64,000 nt of DNA from Candidatus Kapaibacterium sp. (GTDB lineage Bacteria; Patescibacteriota; Patescibacteriia; UBA9934). Under the pieces are notes generated by a model, which did no database searches, had not been told where the DNA came from, and saw nothing but the letters and a program-made list of their open reading frames with translations. The stretch's first letter is position 1, and each line of letters starts with the position of its first letter. Shown here in pieces: positions 28,747-38,728 of the stretch. The stretch is taken from assembly GCA_044350705.1 (NCBI GenBank), contig JBILHA010000001.1, forward strand, positions 244,242 through 308,241, written 5' to 3'. The position numbers and the translations under genes are program-made.

Positions 28747-30141
28747 ATGATTCCCGAACATATCGTTATTAAAAATAATGAACTCCCTGAATCGCCTGGG
28801 ATTTATTTTTATTACGATCAAGAAGGGAAGTTGCTTTATATTGGAAAGGCGACGAGTTTAAAAAAACGCGTGAGTTCCTATTTTACGAAAGCGCATGATG
28901 CACGGATTGAAGATCTCGTACGGAATATTGCAAAGATTGAGTATATTGAAACGCCGACGGTTATTGAGGCGCTGGTTCTTGAAGCAAATCAAATTCGTGC
29001 GCATCAACCGCCATATAATATTTTGGAAAAGGATGATAAAAGCTTCTTGTATTTTTGTTTGACGAATGAGCAGTATCCGCGTCCACTGTTGCTTCGCGGG
29101 CGAGACTTGGAGCGTTTGGGTATTCAGCCATTTTCTCGGAAATTATCGGATAAAGCGAAGAGATATTTTTTGGCAGTGTATGGACCGTATACCAATGGTC
29201 GCGCGATTAAGCTTGCGCTTGATTTGTTGCGACCCGTGATGCCGTGGTCGGTGTGTACGCCACCGGGAGGATCGAATTTTCCGATTGAATTGTTTACTGG
29301 CCAACGATCATTTGGATTTAAAAAAGGAAATAAAGATGGGAAGCCGTGTTTTGATGCGCAGGTCAAAAAGTGTCCTGGAGTGTGTAGGGGTGAGATGACG
29401 GTTAGGGAATATCGTCGAGGGATTGCGCGACTCATGCGTTTCTTTGAGGGAGAGAAAACGAGTGTGCTTTCTGAGCTTGAGCGCAATATGAAGCGGGCCG
29501 CAAAGAACCATCAGTTTGAAGAGGCGGCTGCATATCGTAATAGAGTTCAAGCACTTGAACATATTAATGATGTTGCGCTTATTTTACGGGATGATGACGT
29601 GCCATCGCTTCCTTTTTCAAAGGTAGAAGGCGTTTCCGGAGCGGATCTCTTGGGCCGCATTGAAGCCTATGATATTGCGCACATCAGTGGCTCTGCCGCA
29701 GTCGCTTCGATGGTGGTTTTTGAAGGTGGACGCCCTGCGAAAGAAAACTATCGTCGATTCCGTATTAAAGTTGCTCAAGGAGGAGATGATGTCGCTTCCA
29801 TGGAAGAGGTGATGCGACGACGTTTGGCACGTGCGCAGCATCAGCCGATCGCGTGGCCTCTTCCTGATTTATTCGTCATTGATGGGGGAGAGGGGCAGGT
29901 GAATCGTGTACAAGATGTTATTGAATCACTTGGCGTGAAGGTGCCGGTTATCGGTATTGCAAAGGGGTTTGATCGAAAGCAGGATCGTTTAGTGAGCGTT
30001 GTTTCACAACCGGAAGTGTTGCGTGCAGCAAATGCGTATAAGGAGGTTTTGCAACGGGCGCGTGATGAAGCGCACCGTTTTGCAGGAGCATATCATCGAA
30101 ATTTGCGCGCGAGACTGAGCGGATTGAAGAAACAGAGGTAG
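28747..30141 (+). CDS. uvrC: Excinuclease ABC subunit C (UvrC), lacking the C-terminal (HhH)2 domain
   Basis: GIY-YIG N-terminus (GIYFYYDQEGKLLYIGKA), UvrC RNase H-like endonuclease domain (YDIAHISG…EAHRFA). Ends right after the endonuclease domain at 464 aa. Confidence 0.8.
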   Translation: MIPEHIVIKNNELPESPGIYFYYDQEGKLLYIGKATSLKKRVSSYFTKAHDARIEDLVRNIAKIEYIETPTVIEALVLEANQIRAHQPPYNILEKDDKSFLYFCLTNEQYPRPLLLRGRDLERLGIQPFSRKLSDKAKRYFLAVYGPYTNGRAIKLALDLLRPVMPWSVCTPPGGSNFPIELFTGQRSFGFKKGNKDGKPCFDAQVKKCPGVCRGEMTVREYRRGIARLMRFFEGEKTSVLSELERNMKRAAKNHQFEEAAAYRNRVQALEHINDVALILRDDDVPSLPFSKVEGVSGADLLGRIEAYDIAHISGSAAVASMVVFEGGRPAKENYRRFRIKVAQGGDDVASMEEVMRRRLARAQHQPIAWPLPDLFVIDGGEGQVNRVQDVIESLGVKVPVIGIAKGFDRKQDRLVSVVSQPEVLRAANAYKEVLQRARDEAHRFAGAYHRNLRARLSGLKKQR

Positions 30142-30155
30142 CTTTCGAAAAACCA

Positions 30156-30191
30156 TAAAAAATCTGCGCGTTTTTCCGCGCAGATTTTTTT
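30156..30191. terminator. Bidirectional rho-independent terminator between uvrC and the convergent helicase gene
   Basis: ATCTGCGCG-TTTTTC-CGCGCAGAT hairpin flanked by an A-run and a T-run. Confidence 0.75.
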
Positions 30192-32004
30192 AGAGAAGAG
30201 ATGAAGCAAGGGTTTTTAGAGGCACTTTTCCGAAGATATAGAGCTCCTCAATGGCACGAGTAAGCGCCACGTAGAGTAAATCTTTTCTTATTTTTTTCAG
30301 ATTTTTTTCTAGTTCCTGTGGGATGTTTTTCTCAGAGATGAGCATTTCTGCTGCTATTCCTACGAGGAATACTCGATCGAATTCTACGCCTTGCGCCTGC
30401 TGTGCGGTCATGATATGGAAATGGGGAATATGTGTGAGTTCTTTTTTGAAGATCTCCAGGTATTCTTCTGAAAATCCGATGATTCCTGTCTGGAGTTTAT
30501 CATCAGGCTCTCGTGATATTTCTTTGATGCGTTGGAGTTCTGATGTTTCGTTTTCGTGATGTTCTTCTTGGACTGCTTGGCCGTCGCGCATTCCGTCGGG
30601 AATGCTCGTCGCAAAGCCGAGGTCGTTGATGAATGAAAGAATGCGCTTCGTGCTCCGATAGACTTTCTCAAGTTCAACTTTTCTTTCAGGGGTGAATGAT
30701 TCGCTTGCTTCTTCCCAGGTGGTAAGCGTTCCTAAAAGTATTTGTTGGCGAAGGTCTCCTACGTAGAGCATGGCGTTCGTATCTTTGCTGATACATGACC
30801 GTAGGATGTTTATTTGTTCTGGAAGGTAGTTTTGAACTTCGTCAATAACGATGAACGCGTATGAAAGGGGGATTTTTCGTTTTTTTCTCATGACTTCGAA
30901 TTCTTTTTTCCTCTCAAAATATTCTTCCTCTTTTTTTAATTTTCCTTCTTGTTTTATGAGTCCATTGAGGAGGAGGGTGATATCGAAACGGTCAAATGTT
31001 TTTGTTCGCTTTTGTTCCTCAAAAAGAAGCATGTCTTCTGGGGAGAAGAAGGGGGCATATGCTTCCCCAAGCGCAGCGAAAGGGTTTTTGTGATTGCAGG
31101 AATGTATCTTGCGAAGTGCGAGAAGTTTATGGTGTTCGTGCGTATCGATGGCGATGTTGGTTCCGTTTTGTCGTCTTACGAAACTTGCATTATTGATGTG
31201 GAGTTGTTCGCATGCCCAAGCAAAAAAAGTCGTAACATTTACTTGGTGAATGCCGAGTTCGGGGAGAAGTTTTGAGAAGTATGCTCGTGTGTTTTCGTCC
31301 TGGACGAAAACGATAATGTTGTCATCTGAAAATTGCGCTGCATGTTCGGGTGATTGTAGGAGGTAGGCAATGCGATGGAATGCGAGGGTGGTTTTTCCTG
31401 ATCCGGCGGGTCCTGAAATGAGAAAAGATCCTTGCGCTTCAGCGCGAATAACGTCATCTTGTGCTCGTTCCATGCGTGCAATAATTTCCGGGAGCATGAA
31501 ATCGGTTTTTCTTTTGGAGAGTTGTTCTTGATAGACGAGGGTTCGTCCCTCTTTTGCCGTTTCGCTGGTCATGAAGCGGATTTCTCCGCCCGCGATCATG
31601 AATTGATCTTTGCGGCTTAAAGTTCCGGACCACGTTCCCTGATCTGGGATTGTGTAGGTAATGGGTCCGAGGTCTGCGAAGCGTAGCCGTGCTGCGGGCG
31701 AAGTCCAGGAAAAAATTCCTTCTGAGATGAGGGGGAATTTTGCAAAGTGGATGGTTTGTATTTTTCCGTCGGTATGCGTGATATCTCCGCGGAAAAAGAA
31801 GGGGCTTGGGAAGAGATGATGTAATTGATCGAGTCGCTCATGAAAATGCGTGAGGAGCTTTTGTTGGACAAATTGATCGGTTTGTCCGGGTTGTTCGTAT
31901 CGCTCGATTGTTTTTTCGGTCGTTTGTATTTCCTGCACGATACTTTTTCGTGCGTTTTCCACGTTTGATTTTGCCTCCCTGAGAAGAATTTCTTTCTTGG
32001 ACAT
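30190..32004 (-). CDS. SF1 DNA helicase, HelD (helicase IV)-like member of the UvrD family
   Basis: Walker A SGPAGSGKTT, motif VI LLYVALTRAIEELYI. The N-terminal domain resembles HelD rather than UvrD/PcrA. Confidence 0.65.
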   Translation of the reverse strand: MSKKEILLREAKSNVENARKSIVQEIQTTEKTIERYEQPGQTDQFVQQKLLTHFHERLDQLHHLFPSPFFFRGDITHTDGKIQTIHFAKFPLISEGIFSWTSPAARLRFADLGPITYTIPDQGTWSGTLSRKDQFMIAGGEIRFMTSETAKEGRTLVYQEQLSKRKTDFMLPEIIARMERAQDDVIRAEAQGSFLISGPAGSGKTTLAFHRIAYLLQSPEHAAQFSDDNIIVFVQDENTRAYFSKLLPELGIHQVNVTTFFAWACEQLHINNASFVRRQNGTNIAIDTHEHHKLLALRKIHSCNHKNPFAALGEAYAPFFSPEDMLLFEEQKRTKTFDRFDITLLLNGLIKQEGKLKKEEEYFERKKEFEVMRKKRKIPLSYAFIVIDEVQNYLPEQINILRSCISKDTNAMLYVGDLRQQILLGTLTTWEEASESFTPERKVELEKVYRSTKRILSFINDLGFATSIPDGMRDGQAVQEEHHENETSELQRIKEISREPDDKLQTGIIGFSEEYLEIFKKELTHIPHFHIMTAQQAQGVEFDRVFLVGIAAEMLISEKNIPQELEKNLKKIRKDLLYVALTRAIEELYIFGKVPLKTLASSLL

Positions 32005-32320
32005 AAGAAAAGAATATCAAGTATTTTGTCATGCAAAGAGAATGACCCCTTGGTGGGGTCATAGAAGGGGCTTTTGGGAAATGGAATTGAGATGATGATA
32101 AAGGAGAAGACGGCTTTTGTGAAGGCATATAGATGAAACACCTTTTTCTCAAGGCTCCTTCTTTTTTACTTGCAGTTGAGTCGGTCTGCAGGGAATGGCA
32201 GATTTATGCACAGATTTCGAGTATTTTCTCGAAAGTGGAAAAAAAGTGGTGTAAAGTGGTTACAAATGGCAAAAAGTGGGGAATTGCCATTTCTCCTCAA
32301 AAATCTCCACCACAACCACC

Positions 32321-32752
32321 ATGTTCATTGGCGAATTTCATCTCACCATCGACGACAAGGGGCGGCTCGCTGTCCCGGTGAAGTTTCGTTCTGCTCTCGC
32401 GACGGGGGCGGTTGTGACGCGAGGGCTGGACACTTCATTATTTGTACTTACGAAAGAGGCTTGGGAACGCTTGGCTGCCAAGATTGCTGAATTACCGCTT
32501 GGGTCTGCAGCGTCCCGTTCATTCGCCCGGTTCATGCTTGCGGGTGCAATGGACGTGACACTGGATGCCCAAGGACGTTTTGTGGTGCCCGAATATCTTC
32601 GGAGCTACGCGAAATTGCAAAAAGATGCCGTGCTTGTTGGCATCAATGATCGTTTGGAGCTTTGGGATAAAGCAACGTGGGATGCATATGCTCGCGAAGC
32701 TGAGCAGAATGCAGAGGCGATTGCTGAATCTTTGGGAGGATTAGGTATATGA
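32321..32752 (+). CDS. mraZ: Transcriptional regulator MraZ
   Basis: Duplicated MraZ motif (MFIGEFHLTIDDKGRLAVP… and …LDAQGRFVVP). Start set at the internal ATG (32321); the ORF track extends to 32276. Confidence 0.85.
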   Translation: MFIGEFHLTIDDKGRLAVPVKFRSALATGAVVTRGLDTSLFVLTKEAWERLAAKIAELPLGSAASRSFARFMLAGAMDVTLDAQGRFVVPEYLRSYAKLQKDAVLVGINDRLELWDKATWDAYAREAEQNAEAIAESLGGLGI

Positions 32753-33606
32753 ACGTCACACACATTCCGGTGCTTGCAAGAGAGGTTATGGATGGGTTGC
32801 ATATTGCTCCTGGCATGACTGTGGTCGATGGAACGTGTGGGCTCGGTGGGCATACCGCACTTTTGGCGGATGCAGTTGGTCCAACGGGAAAGGTGTTTGC
32901 ATTCGATAAAGATGCAAGGAACCTTGCCATTGCGCGTGAACGATTGGCGCCATATCAGGATCGTGCGCAGTTTGTGCATGATTCGTATGTGCATGTTTCT
33001 GAGTATGTTCAGCAGGCTCACGCTGTTCTTTTAGATCTTGGATACTCGTCTGCGCATGTGGATGATCCTTCGCGAGGTTTTTCTTTTCAGGCGGATGGAC
33101 CGTTGGATATGCGGTATGACACTCGAGAAGGGGTTACGGCTGCGGACATCGTGAATAGTTGGTCGCGTGATGACCTTGCGACAATTTTCCGTCGGTATGG
33201 CGAAGAGCCTCGAGCGCCCCAGGTCGCGAAAGCGATTTTTGAAGCGCGAAGAAAGGAGCGCATCACGCGTACCTTGCAGCTCGCGGATATCGTTTCATCG
33301 ATTATCCCCCGCATGGGAAAAATTCATCCTGCAACACGCGTCTTTCAAGCGTTGCGTATTGCGGTCAATGATGAATTCGGTGCAGTCGAGCAAGGTATTC
33401 AGGCAGCGCTTTCCGTGCTTGTTTCTGGAGGGAGGTTGGCGGTTATCACCTTTCATTCTCTTGAGGATCGTTTGGTGAAGCGCGCATTTTTACAAAGTGA
33501 AGGAGCTATTGTACTTACCAAAAAACCGATGATTGCGACGCATGAAGAGCAGCGAGAAAATCCTCGTTCTCGGAGTGCAAAGCTTCGGGTGATAGAAAAA
33601 CAGTAA
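32749..33606 (+). CDS. rsmH: 16S rRNA (cytosine1402-N4)-methyltransferase RsmH (MraW)
   Basis: Conserved HIPVL, VDGTCGLGGH, LDLGYSS and FHSLEDR motifs. Confidence 0.9.
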   Translation: MNVTHIPVLAREVMDGLHIAPGMTVVDGTCGLGGHTALLADAVGPTGKVFAFDKDARNLAIARERLAPYQDRAQFVHDSYVHVSEYVQQAHAVLLDLGYSSAHVDDPSRGFSFQADGPLDMRYDTREGVTAADIVNSWSRDDLATIFRRYGEEPRAPQVAKAIFEARRKERITRTLQLADIVSSIIPRMGKIHPATRVFQALRIAVNDEFGAVEQGIQAALSVLVSGGRLAVITFHSLEDRLVKRAFLQSEGAIVLTKKPMIATHEEQRENPRSRSAKLRVIEKQ

Positions 33607-33930
33607 GTGATTCGTATGGAGGAACGAAGAAACTTTTTTCACCATTCAGCTTCAACCGTGCAACTGATTGTTGCGGGGGGTATTTTTCTCGTCTTGCTCG
33701 CAGGATACATTATGCAAGTCAATGCTTCCTCAACAAAAGCTTATGCGCTGCGTGATGCACAAAATCATCACGAGGAACTTGTTCGGGCGAATGATCGACT
33801 CGCTGCGGAAATTGATCGCTTGCGTTCACTTTCAAGTGTGATGGAGCGGCAAGCGTTTTTAGATCTGGTTCCTGTGCGCGATATTGCTTATATTTTCGAT
33901 GATCAATCGGAAACCGTTGCTATTAAATAG
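33607..33930 (+). CDS. Cell-division protein FtsL-like (single TM helix plus coiled coil)
   Basis: Position after rsmH, N-terminal TM helix and leucine-zipper-like coiled coil. Confidence 0.5.
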   Translation: MIRMEERRNFFHHSASTVQLIVAGGIFLVLLAGYIMQVNASSTKAYALRDAQNHHEELVRANDRLAAEIDRLRSLSSVMERQAFLDLVPVRDIAYIFDDQSETVAIK

Positions 33931-33989
33931 GCCACTTCTCAGTGTAGGTACTCTCTTTTTGGTTTTTTATTCTGCTATACTTTCCTCGT

Positions 33990-35597
33990 ATGGCAGCTGT
34001 TGGTTCTTCAGGAAATACTCGCAGGCCGCGTCCGGCCGTTTTGCTTGTCCTCGATGGATTTGGTATTGCCCCGAATGGAGAGGGGAATGCGATTGCCCGA
34101 GCTCGTACGCCCCATTTGGCGAAATGGACTCAACGCTATCCGGTGGTTACGCTGAAATCTTCGGGAGAAGAGGTGGGTTTGTCGTGGGGGGAAATGGGAA
34201 ATTCTGAAGTGGGGCATTTAGCGATCGGTGCTGGTCGGGTGTATAGCCAGACGCTTCCTCGTATTAACAAAGCAATGACTGATGGTTCGTTTGCGACCAA
34301 CTCCGCGTTTGCTCAGGTCTTCGCCCAGGTGAAAGAATCGGGAGGAACGCTTCATTTACTGGGTATTATTTCTTCAGGAAAAGTACATGGATTTGATGAA
34401 CACGGTATTGCGCTTTTGAAAGCTGCGAAGTCTGCAGGAGTCAAGCGCGTTGCAATACACGGCATCCTTGATGGACGTGATACCTTGTATAACTCGGGGC
34501 GAGAATTCATTGCCTCTTTTGAAGCGAAGATGAAGGAATTGGGGATCGGTTTTTTTGCTTCTCTTTCCGGTCGATACTATGCCATGGATCGAGATAACCG
34601 TTGGGATCGTGTGGAAAAGGCGTATCGAGCGATTGCTGAGGGGGTTTCTCCTCTTACTGCAGAGAGCCCCGACGAGGCGCTTGCGCAGTCGTATGCAAAA
34701 GAGACGTATGATGAAGAATTCATGCCTACGGTTATTGTGCGAAAAGGAAAACCCGTAGCTCCTATAGCATCGGGAGATGGAGTGATTTTTTTCAATTTTC
34801 GTCCTGATCGGGCACGAGAACTCACAAAAGCTTTTGTATTACCTGCATTTGATGCTTTTGAGCGTACGCACATCCCTCGTCTCTCTTTTGTGACCATGAC
34901 TGAGTATGAAAAGAATTTGCCTGTCCTGGTCGCATTTCCTCCCGTTGAGATTACTCGTCCGCTCGCAGAAGTGATCGCAGACGCGGGACTTGTTCAGCTG
35001 CATGTCGCGGAAACAGAGAAATATGCGCATGTCACGTTCTTTTTAAACGGTACCCGTGAAGAGCCTTTTCCCCATGAGGATCGCGTGCTCATTCCTTCGC
35101 CGCATGTTGCTTCTTATGCTGTAAAGCCTGAAATGAGCGCATATGCAGTTGCGGATCGTATTGTGCAAGAAGTACAGCGAGGAAACTACGATGTTATCAT
35201 TGCGAATTTTGCCAATCCAGATATGGTGGCGCATACGGGGAATGTTGACGCAACTATTCGTGCTATTGAAGTTACTGATGAATGCTTAGGACGCATTGTT
35301 GATGCGGTTCTCGAGGAAGACGGGGTTGTATGTATTACCGCTGATCATGGAAACGCTGAGGAGGTACTCAACCTGCAAACGCATGCTATGGATAAAGAGC
35401 ACAGTACGAATCCCGTGCCTTTTTGGATTATTGCTCGTGAGTTTGAGGGAAAGGCCGGTATTTCCGGAGATGTCCCAGAGGGCGATCTCTCCCTTCTTCC
35501 GCCGGTGGGTATGCTTGCTGATGTTGCCCCCACTTTTTTGGCGCTCTTAGGTATTCCTCAGCCGCCTGAAATGACCGGTACCTCCCTTCTTCCTTAA
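33990..35597 (+). CDS. gpmI: 2,3-bisphosphoglycerate-independent phosphoglycerate mutase (iPGM)
   Basis: N-terminus VLLVLDGFG, the catalytic Ser region and C-terminal metal-binding ADHGNAE. Confidence 0.9.
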   Translation: MAAVGSSGNTRRPRPAVLLVLDGFGIAPNGEGNAIARARTPHLAKWTQRYPVVTLKSSGEEVGLSWGEMGNSEVGHLAIGAGRVYSQTLPRINKAMTDGSFATNSAFAQVFAQVKESGGTLHLLGIISSGKVHGFDEHGIALLKAAKSAGVKRVAIHGILDGRDTLYNSGREFIASFEAKMKELGIGFFASLSGRYYAMDRDNRWDRVEKAYRAIAEGVSPLTAESPDEALAQSYAKETYDEEFMPTVIVRKGKPVAPIASGDGVIFFNFRPDRARELTKAFVLPAFDAFERTHIPRLSFVTMTEYEKNLPVLVAFPPVEITRPLAEVIADAGLVQLHVAETEKYAHVTFFLNGTREEPFPHEDRVLIPSPHVASYAVKPEMSAYAVADRIVQEVQRGNYDVIIANFANPDMVAHTGNVDATIRAIEVTDECLGRIVDAVLEEDGVVCITADHGNAEEVLNLQTHAMDKEHSTNPVPFWIIAREFEGKAGISGDVPEGDLSLLPPVGMLADVAPTFLALLGIPQPPEMTGTSLLP

Positions 35598-35608
35598 GGC
35601 GTGCGTGT

Positions 35609-37069
35609 ATGCGATATACGCTGGAGGAATTTGTACGAGCATTTGCCATGCAAGTGGCAGATGAACCCTTGCGCGGAGAACAGCCTCCCCGTGCTTTTTT
35701 TGTGGGAGGGACGGTTCGCGATATGGTGCGGGGAGAGGATGAGGTACGGGATATTGATATAGAGGTATATGGTGTTGAGTCGGTACGCGTGCAGGAAATT
35801 CTTGAAGCGCTTGCGGGAAGACCGGTCGATGTCTTTGGTGCCGCGTTTGGGGTTTATAAGATTTCCTTTGATGAAGGGGTGATCGATGTTGCTTTGCCTC
35901 GGCGAGAGTCGAAAAAAGGGAGGGGGCACAAAGGATTCTCTATTACCGGAGATCCTCATTTGTCGTTTACCGATGCACTTCGTCGTCGAGATTTCACCAT
36001 GAATGCCATGTTGCGCGATGTTCTTACTGATGAACTCATTGATCCTTATCACGGACAGGATGACTTGGTTCAGGGATTATTGCGTGTGGTAGATGAGCGT
36101 ACTTTTCCTGAGGATCCTTTGCGTGTTTATCGAGGCATGCAGTTTGTTGCTCGATTTGGACTTCGGGTTGAAGAAAACAGCAAGAAGCTTTTTGCGCGCA
36201 TGGTGCGATCCGGTGAGCTTGAAACGCTTTCATCGGAACGCGTTACCGAGGAGTGGAGGAAGTTTCTTGCGGGTGCTTATCCTGTTTTTGGATTGCGATT
36301 TCTTGAAGATACGGGACTGATTACGCATTATCCAGAATTGGATGCGCTTCGTGAAATCCCACAGGATCCTCAATGGCATCCAGAGGGTTCGGTATGGGAG
36401 CATACGGTGCGGGCCGTAGAGGCTGCGTCGCAAGAGGCTCTTTCTGCGCATGGGGGAGTTTTGCGGCTTGCACTTTTGCTCCATGATGTTGGCAAGGCTG
36501 TTGCAACGCGAAAGGTGAATGGAAAGATTTTTGATGAGGGGCATGGTCAGGCGGGGGTGCCTCTCGCTCGTTCTTTTTTCCGTCGTTTGCATTTTTCTGA
36601 ACGGGATGAGCGTGATGTGCTTGCATGCGTTGCGCATCACGAGCGCCTTCCAGAGCTCTATAAGAAAGCGAAATACGAAGATTGGACTGAGCAACGCGCT
36701 GCTAACGAGCTTCGTATATTGTGGCGTGACGTCGGGGTTGAGCGAGTGCCTTTTTTCTTAGCGGTTTGCGAAGCAAACGCGCGGGGAAGGGATCTCCCGC
36801 TTGATTATCGAGAATATCCCGTACGGGTATGGGCAGAAGATCTTTCTTCGCGGCATCATCTTTTCCAGGCAGCTTCTGCCCCCTTGCTTTCAGGTCAAGA
36901 TGTCCAGCATATTGCCATGCGCTTGCGTGCGCCTCTGCCTCTTGGTAAAGCATTTGGTATGCTTTTGGAGCGTATTGAAGCAGCTCGAGATCGTGGAGAA
37001 ATTGCGACCCGGAATGAGGCTATTTTATATGCGGAAGGTCTCCTCGAACGGCAGGATGATTGTTCCTAA
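35609..37069 (+). CDS. cca: CCA-adding tRNA nucleotidyltransferase / poly(A) polymerase family with an HD domain
   Basis: PolyA_pol head domain (GGTVRDMV…DIDIEV…RRDFTMNAM) and HD motif LLHDVGK. Confidence 0.8.
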   Translation: MRYTLEEFVRAFAMQVADEPLRGEQPPRAFFVGGTVRDMVRGEDEVRDIDIEVYGVESVRVQEILEALAGRPVDVFGAAFGVYKISFDEGVIDVALPRRESKKGRGHKGFSITGDPHLSFTDALRRRDFTMNAMLRDVLTDELIDPYHGQDDLVQGLLRVVDERTFPEDPLRVYRGMQFVARFGLRVEENSKKLFARMVRSGELETLSSERVTEEWRKFLAGAYPVFGLRFLEDTGLITHYPELDALREIPQDPQWHPEGSVWEHTVRAVEAASQEALSAHGGVLRLALLLHDVGKAVATRKVNGKIFDEGHGQAGVPLARSFFRRLHFSERDERDVLACVAHHERLPELYKKAKYEDWTEQRAANELRILWRDVGVERVPFFLAVCEANARGRDLPLDYREYPVRVWAEDLSSRHHLFQAASAPLLSGQDVQHIAMRLRAPLPLGKAFGMLLERIEAARDRGEIATRNEAILYAEGLLERQDDCS

Positions 37070-38007
37070 TACTCTTCTCTATGTATAACCCTATTCCCCC
37101 TGAGAAAACGACAAAGAAAACGATTGCTTTTGCATTGCTCGCGTGCATCACCTTGGTCAGCGTTATTGCTGCAGGATATTTTGCCTTTTTAGCGAAGGAT
37201 TTACAGGGGAGATTAGATGTACGAGAAATCGTCAAGGCAGTTGAAGGGGATGGCCGCGTTCAGGAAGAAGCGCAGAAAGAGCCTCCTGTCCCTCTTTTTA
37301 CTCACCCTGTCCCTCTCCAAGTTCCTCTCGTAGTTGATGAAGATACTACGACCCTTGGGGCGACGCTTCGCAGTTGGAATCAGGTAAATGCAGAGGCGGG
37401 CATTGAGTACTGCGTTCATCTTCCTCAGTATGCCGCAGATGAAAAGATACGCGCTCATGAGCTTACCTCTTTCTCTTCTTTTATTTCGGATGAAGGAATA
37501 CGACGTGCACTTCTTTCTTATTTCTCAATTTCTTCTGAGAACGAGGCGGTTTTCTTTGCGGATATTGATCAGATTACTGATGAAAATGATTACCTTCACC
37601 CAGGATATACGGCATGTTCAGATGGAAAGGGCAAAAAGTTTCTTCTTCTCGAAGAGGAAATCGCGGTCATGTATCCTGAGACATCTCGCGTTCAGCAGGA
37701 GCACTTCCCCCTGGTTCTTCAGTGGAGTGAGGTTGGTGAAGAATATGCATGGACCGTCTTTCGAGGACAGTATCGCGCGATGGATGGATATGGTTTGATT
37801 CCGGATTGGGAGGGTAACGTTATTCTTACTACGGGATATGGAGATGCGGGGTTTGCGCATTGGCAGCATGAGCAACTTGAGGTACAAGAAGGGGCGGCGG
37901 TCATTACTACCCTTGAAAAATGTACTGTAGTGCCGAATGACATAGAGATTACGGAAGAATATGAATCGCTCCAGGAATGTGAGATTGAATACCAGCGCTC
38001 ATCGTAA
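37060..38007 (+). CDS. Hypothetical protein with an N-terminal signal/TM anchor
   Basis: ORF only; acidic extracytoplasmic domain with no recognised motif. Confidence 0.3.
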   Translation: MFLILFSMYNPIPPEKTTKKTIAFALLACITLVSVIAAGYFAFLAKDLQGRLDVREIVKAVEGDGRVQEEAQKEPPVPLFTHPVPLQVPLVVDEDTTTLGATLRSWNQVNAEAGIEYCVHLPQYAADEKIRAHELTSFSSFISDEGIRRALLSYFSISSENEAVFFADIDQITDENDYLHPGYTACSDGKGKKFLLLEEEIAVMYPETSRVQQEHFPLVLQWSEVGEEYAWTVFRGQYRAMDGYGLIPDWEGNVILTTGYGDAGFAHWQHEQLEVQEGAAVITTLEKCTVVPNDIEITEEYESLQECEIEYQRSS

Positions 38008-38728
38008 ATCAGAAACCATACGAAAGACGCTCGCCATTTTGCGCGAGCGTTTTCCTGAATCGGGTGCTCTGGATATGGGTACCCCGTTTCAGATGCTCGT
38101 CGCGGTAGTACTTTCTGCACGTACCAAGGATGAACAGGTACTTAAGGCACTTCCTGGGCTGTTTGCCGCATATCCTGATGCAGCGCGGCTTGCGAAAGGA
38201 ATCCCTGATGATGTGGGGAGGCACATTTCGAGCATCGGACTTTATAAGAGCAAAGCAAAATATATTATTGCTTTGGCACAAAAGATACGTGATGAGTTTG
38301 ATGGAGAAGTGCCGCGTACTATGGGAGAATTGGTTACCTTGCCAGGAGTAGGGAGAAAGACGGCAAGCGTGCTTTTGGCCGCCCGCTTTTCAATGCCTGC
38401 GATTGCGGTAGATACCCACGTATTTCGGATTGCACAGCGGTTAGGATGGGCAAAGACAGCGTCCGTTTCTCGTCTTGAAGAGGAGCTTTTGCGTCGAGTT
38501 CCTGTTGATATACAAGCTGATGTAAATACCACGATGGTTCCTTTTGGTCGTGCAATCTGCATTCCTCGGACTCCTCGTTGTTGGATGTGTCCAGTTGTTC
38601 ATCTTTGCGCATATCCGAACAAGCTGCTTACTCCTCCGCCAGACGCGAAAGACATTCAGCGAAAGATCGAGATACAGCGAAAAGAAATTGCACGGTTAAA
38701 AGAAGGAGCGACCTATGCAAAGCATTGA
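37961..38728 (+). CDS. nth: Endonuclease III (Nth)
   Basis: HhH-GPD motifs (LPGVGRKTASVLL), the catalytic Lys/Asp region and the 4Fe-4S cluster loop C-x6-C-x2-C-x5-C at the C-terminus. Overlaps the upstream ORF by 47 nt. Confidence 0.85.
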   Translation: MNRSRNVRLNTSAHRKSETIRKTLAILRERFPESGALDMGTPFQMLVAVVLSARTKDEQVLKALPGLFAAYPDAARLAKGIPDDVGRHISSIGLYKSKAKYIIALAQKIRDEFDGEVPRTMGELVTLPGVGRKTASVLLAARFSMPAIAVDTHVFRIAQRLGWAKTASVSRLEEELLRRVPVDIQADVNTTMVPFGRAICIPRTPRCWMCPVVHLCAYPNKLLTPPPDAKDIQRKIEIQRKEIARLKEGATYAKH

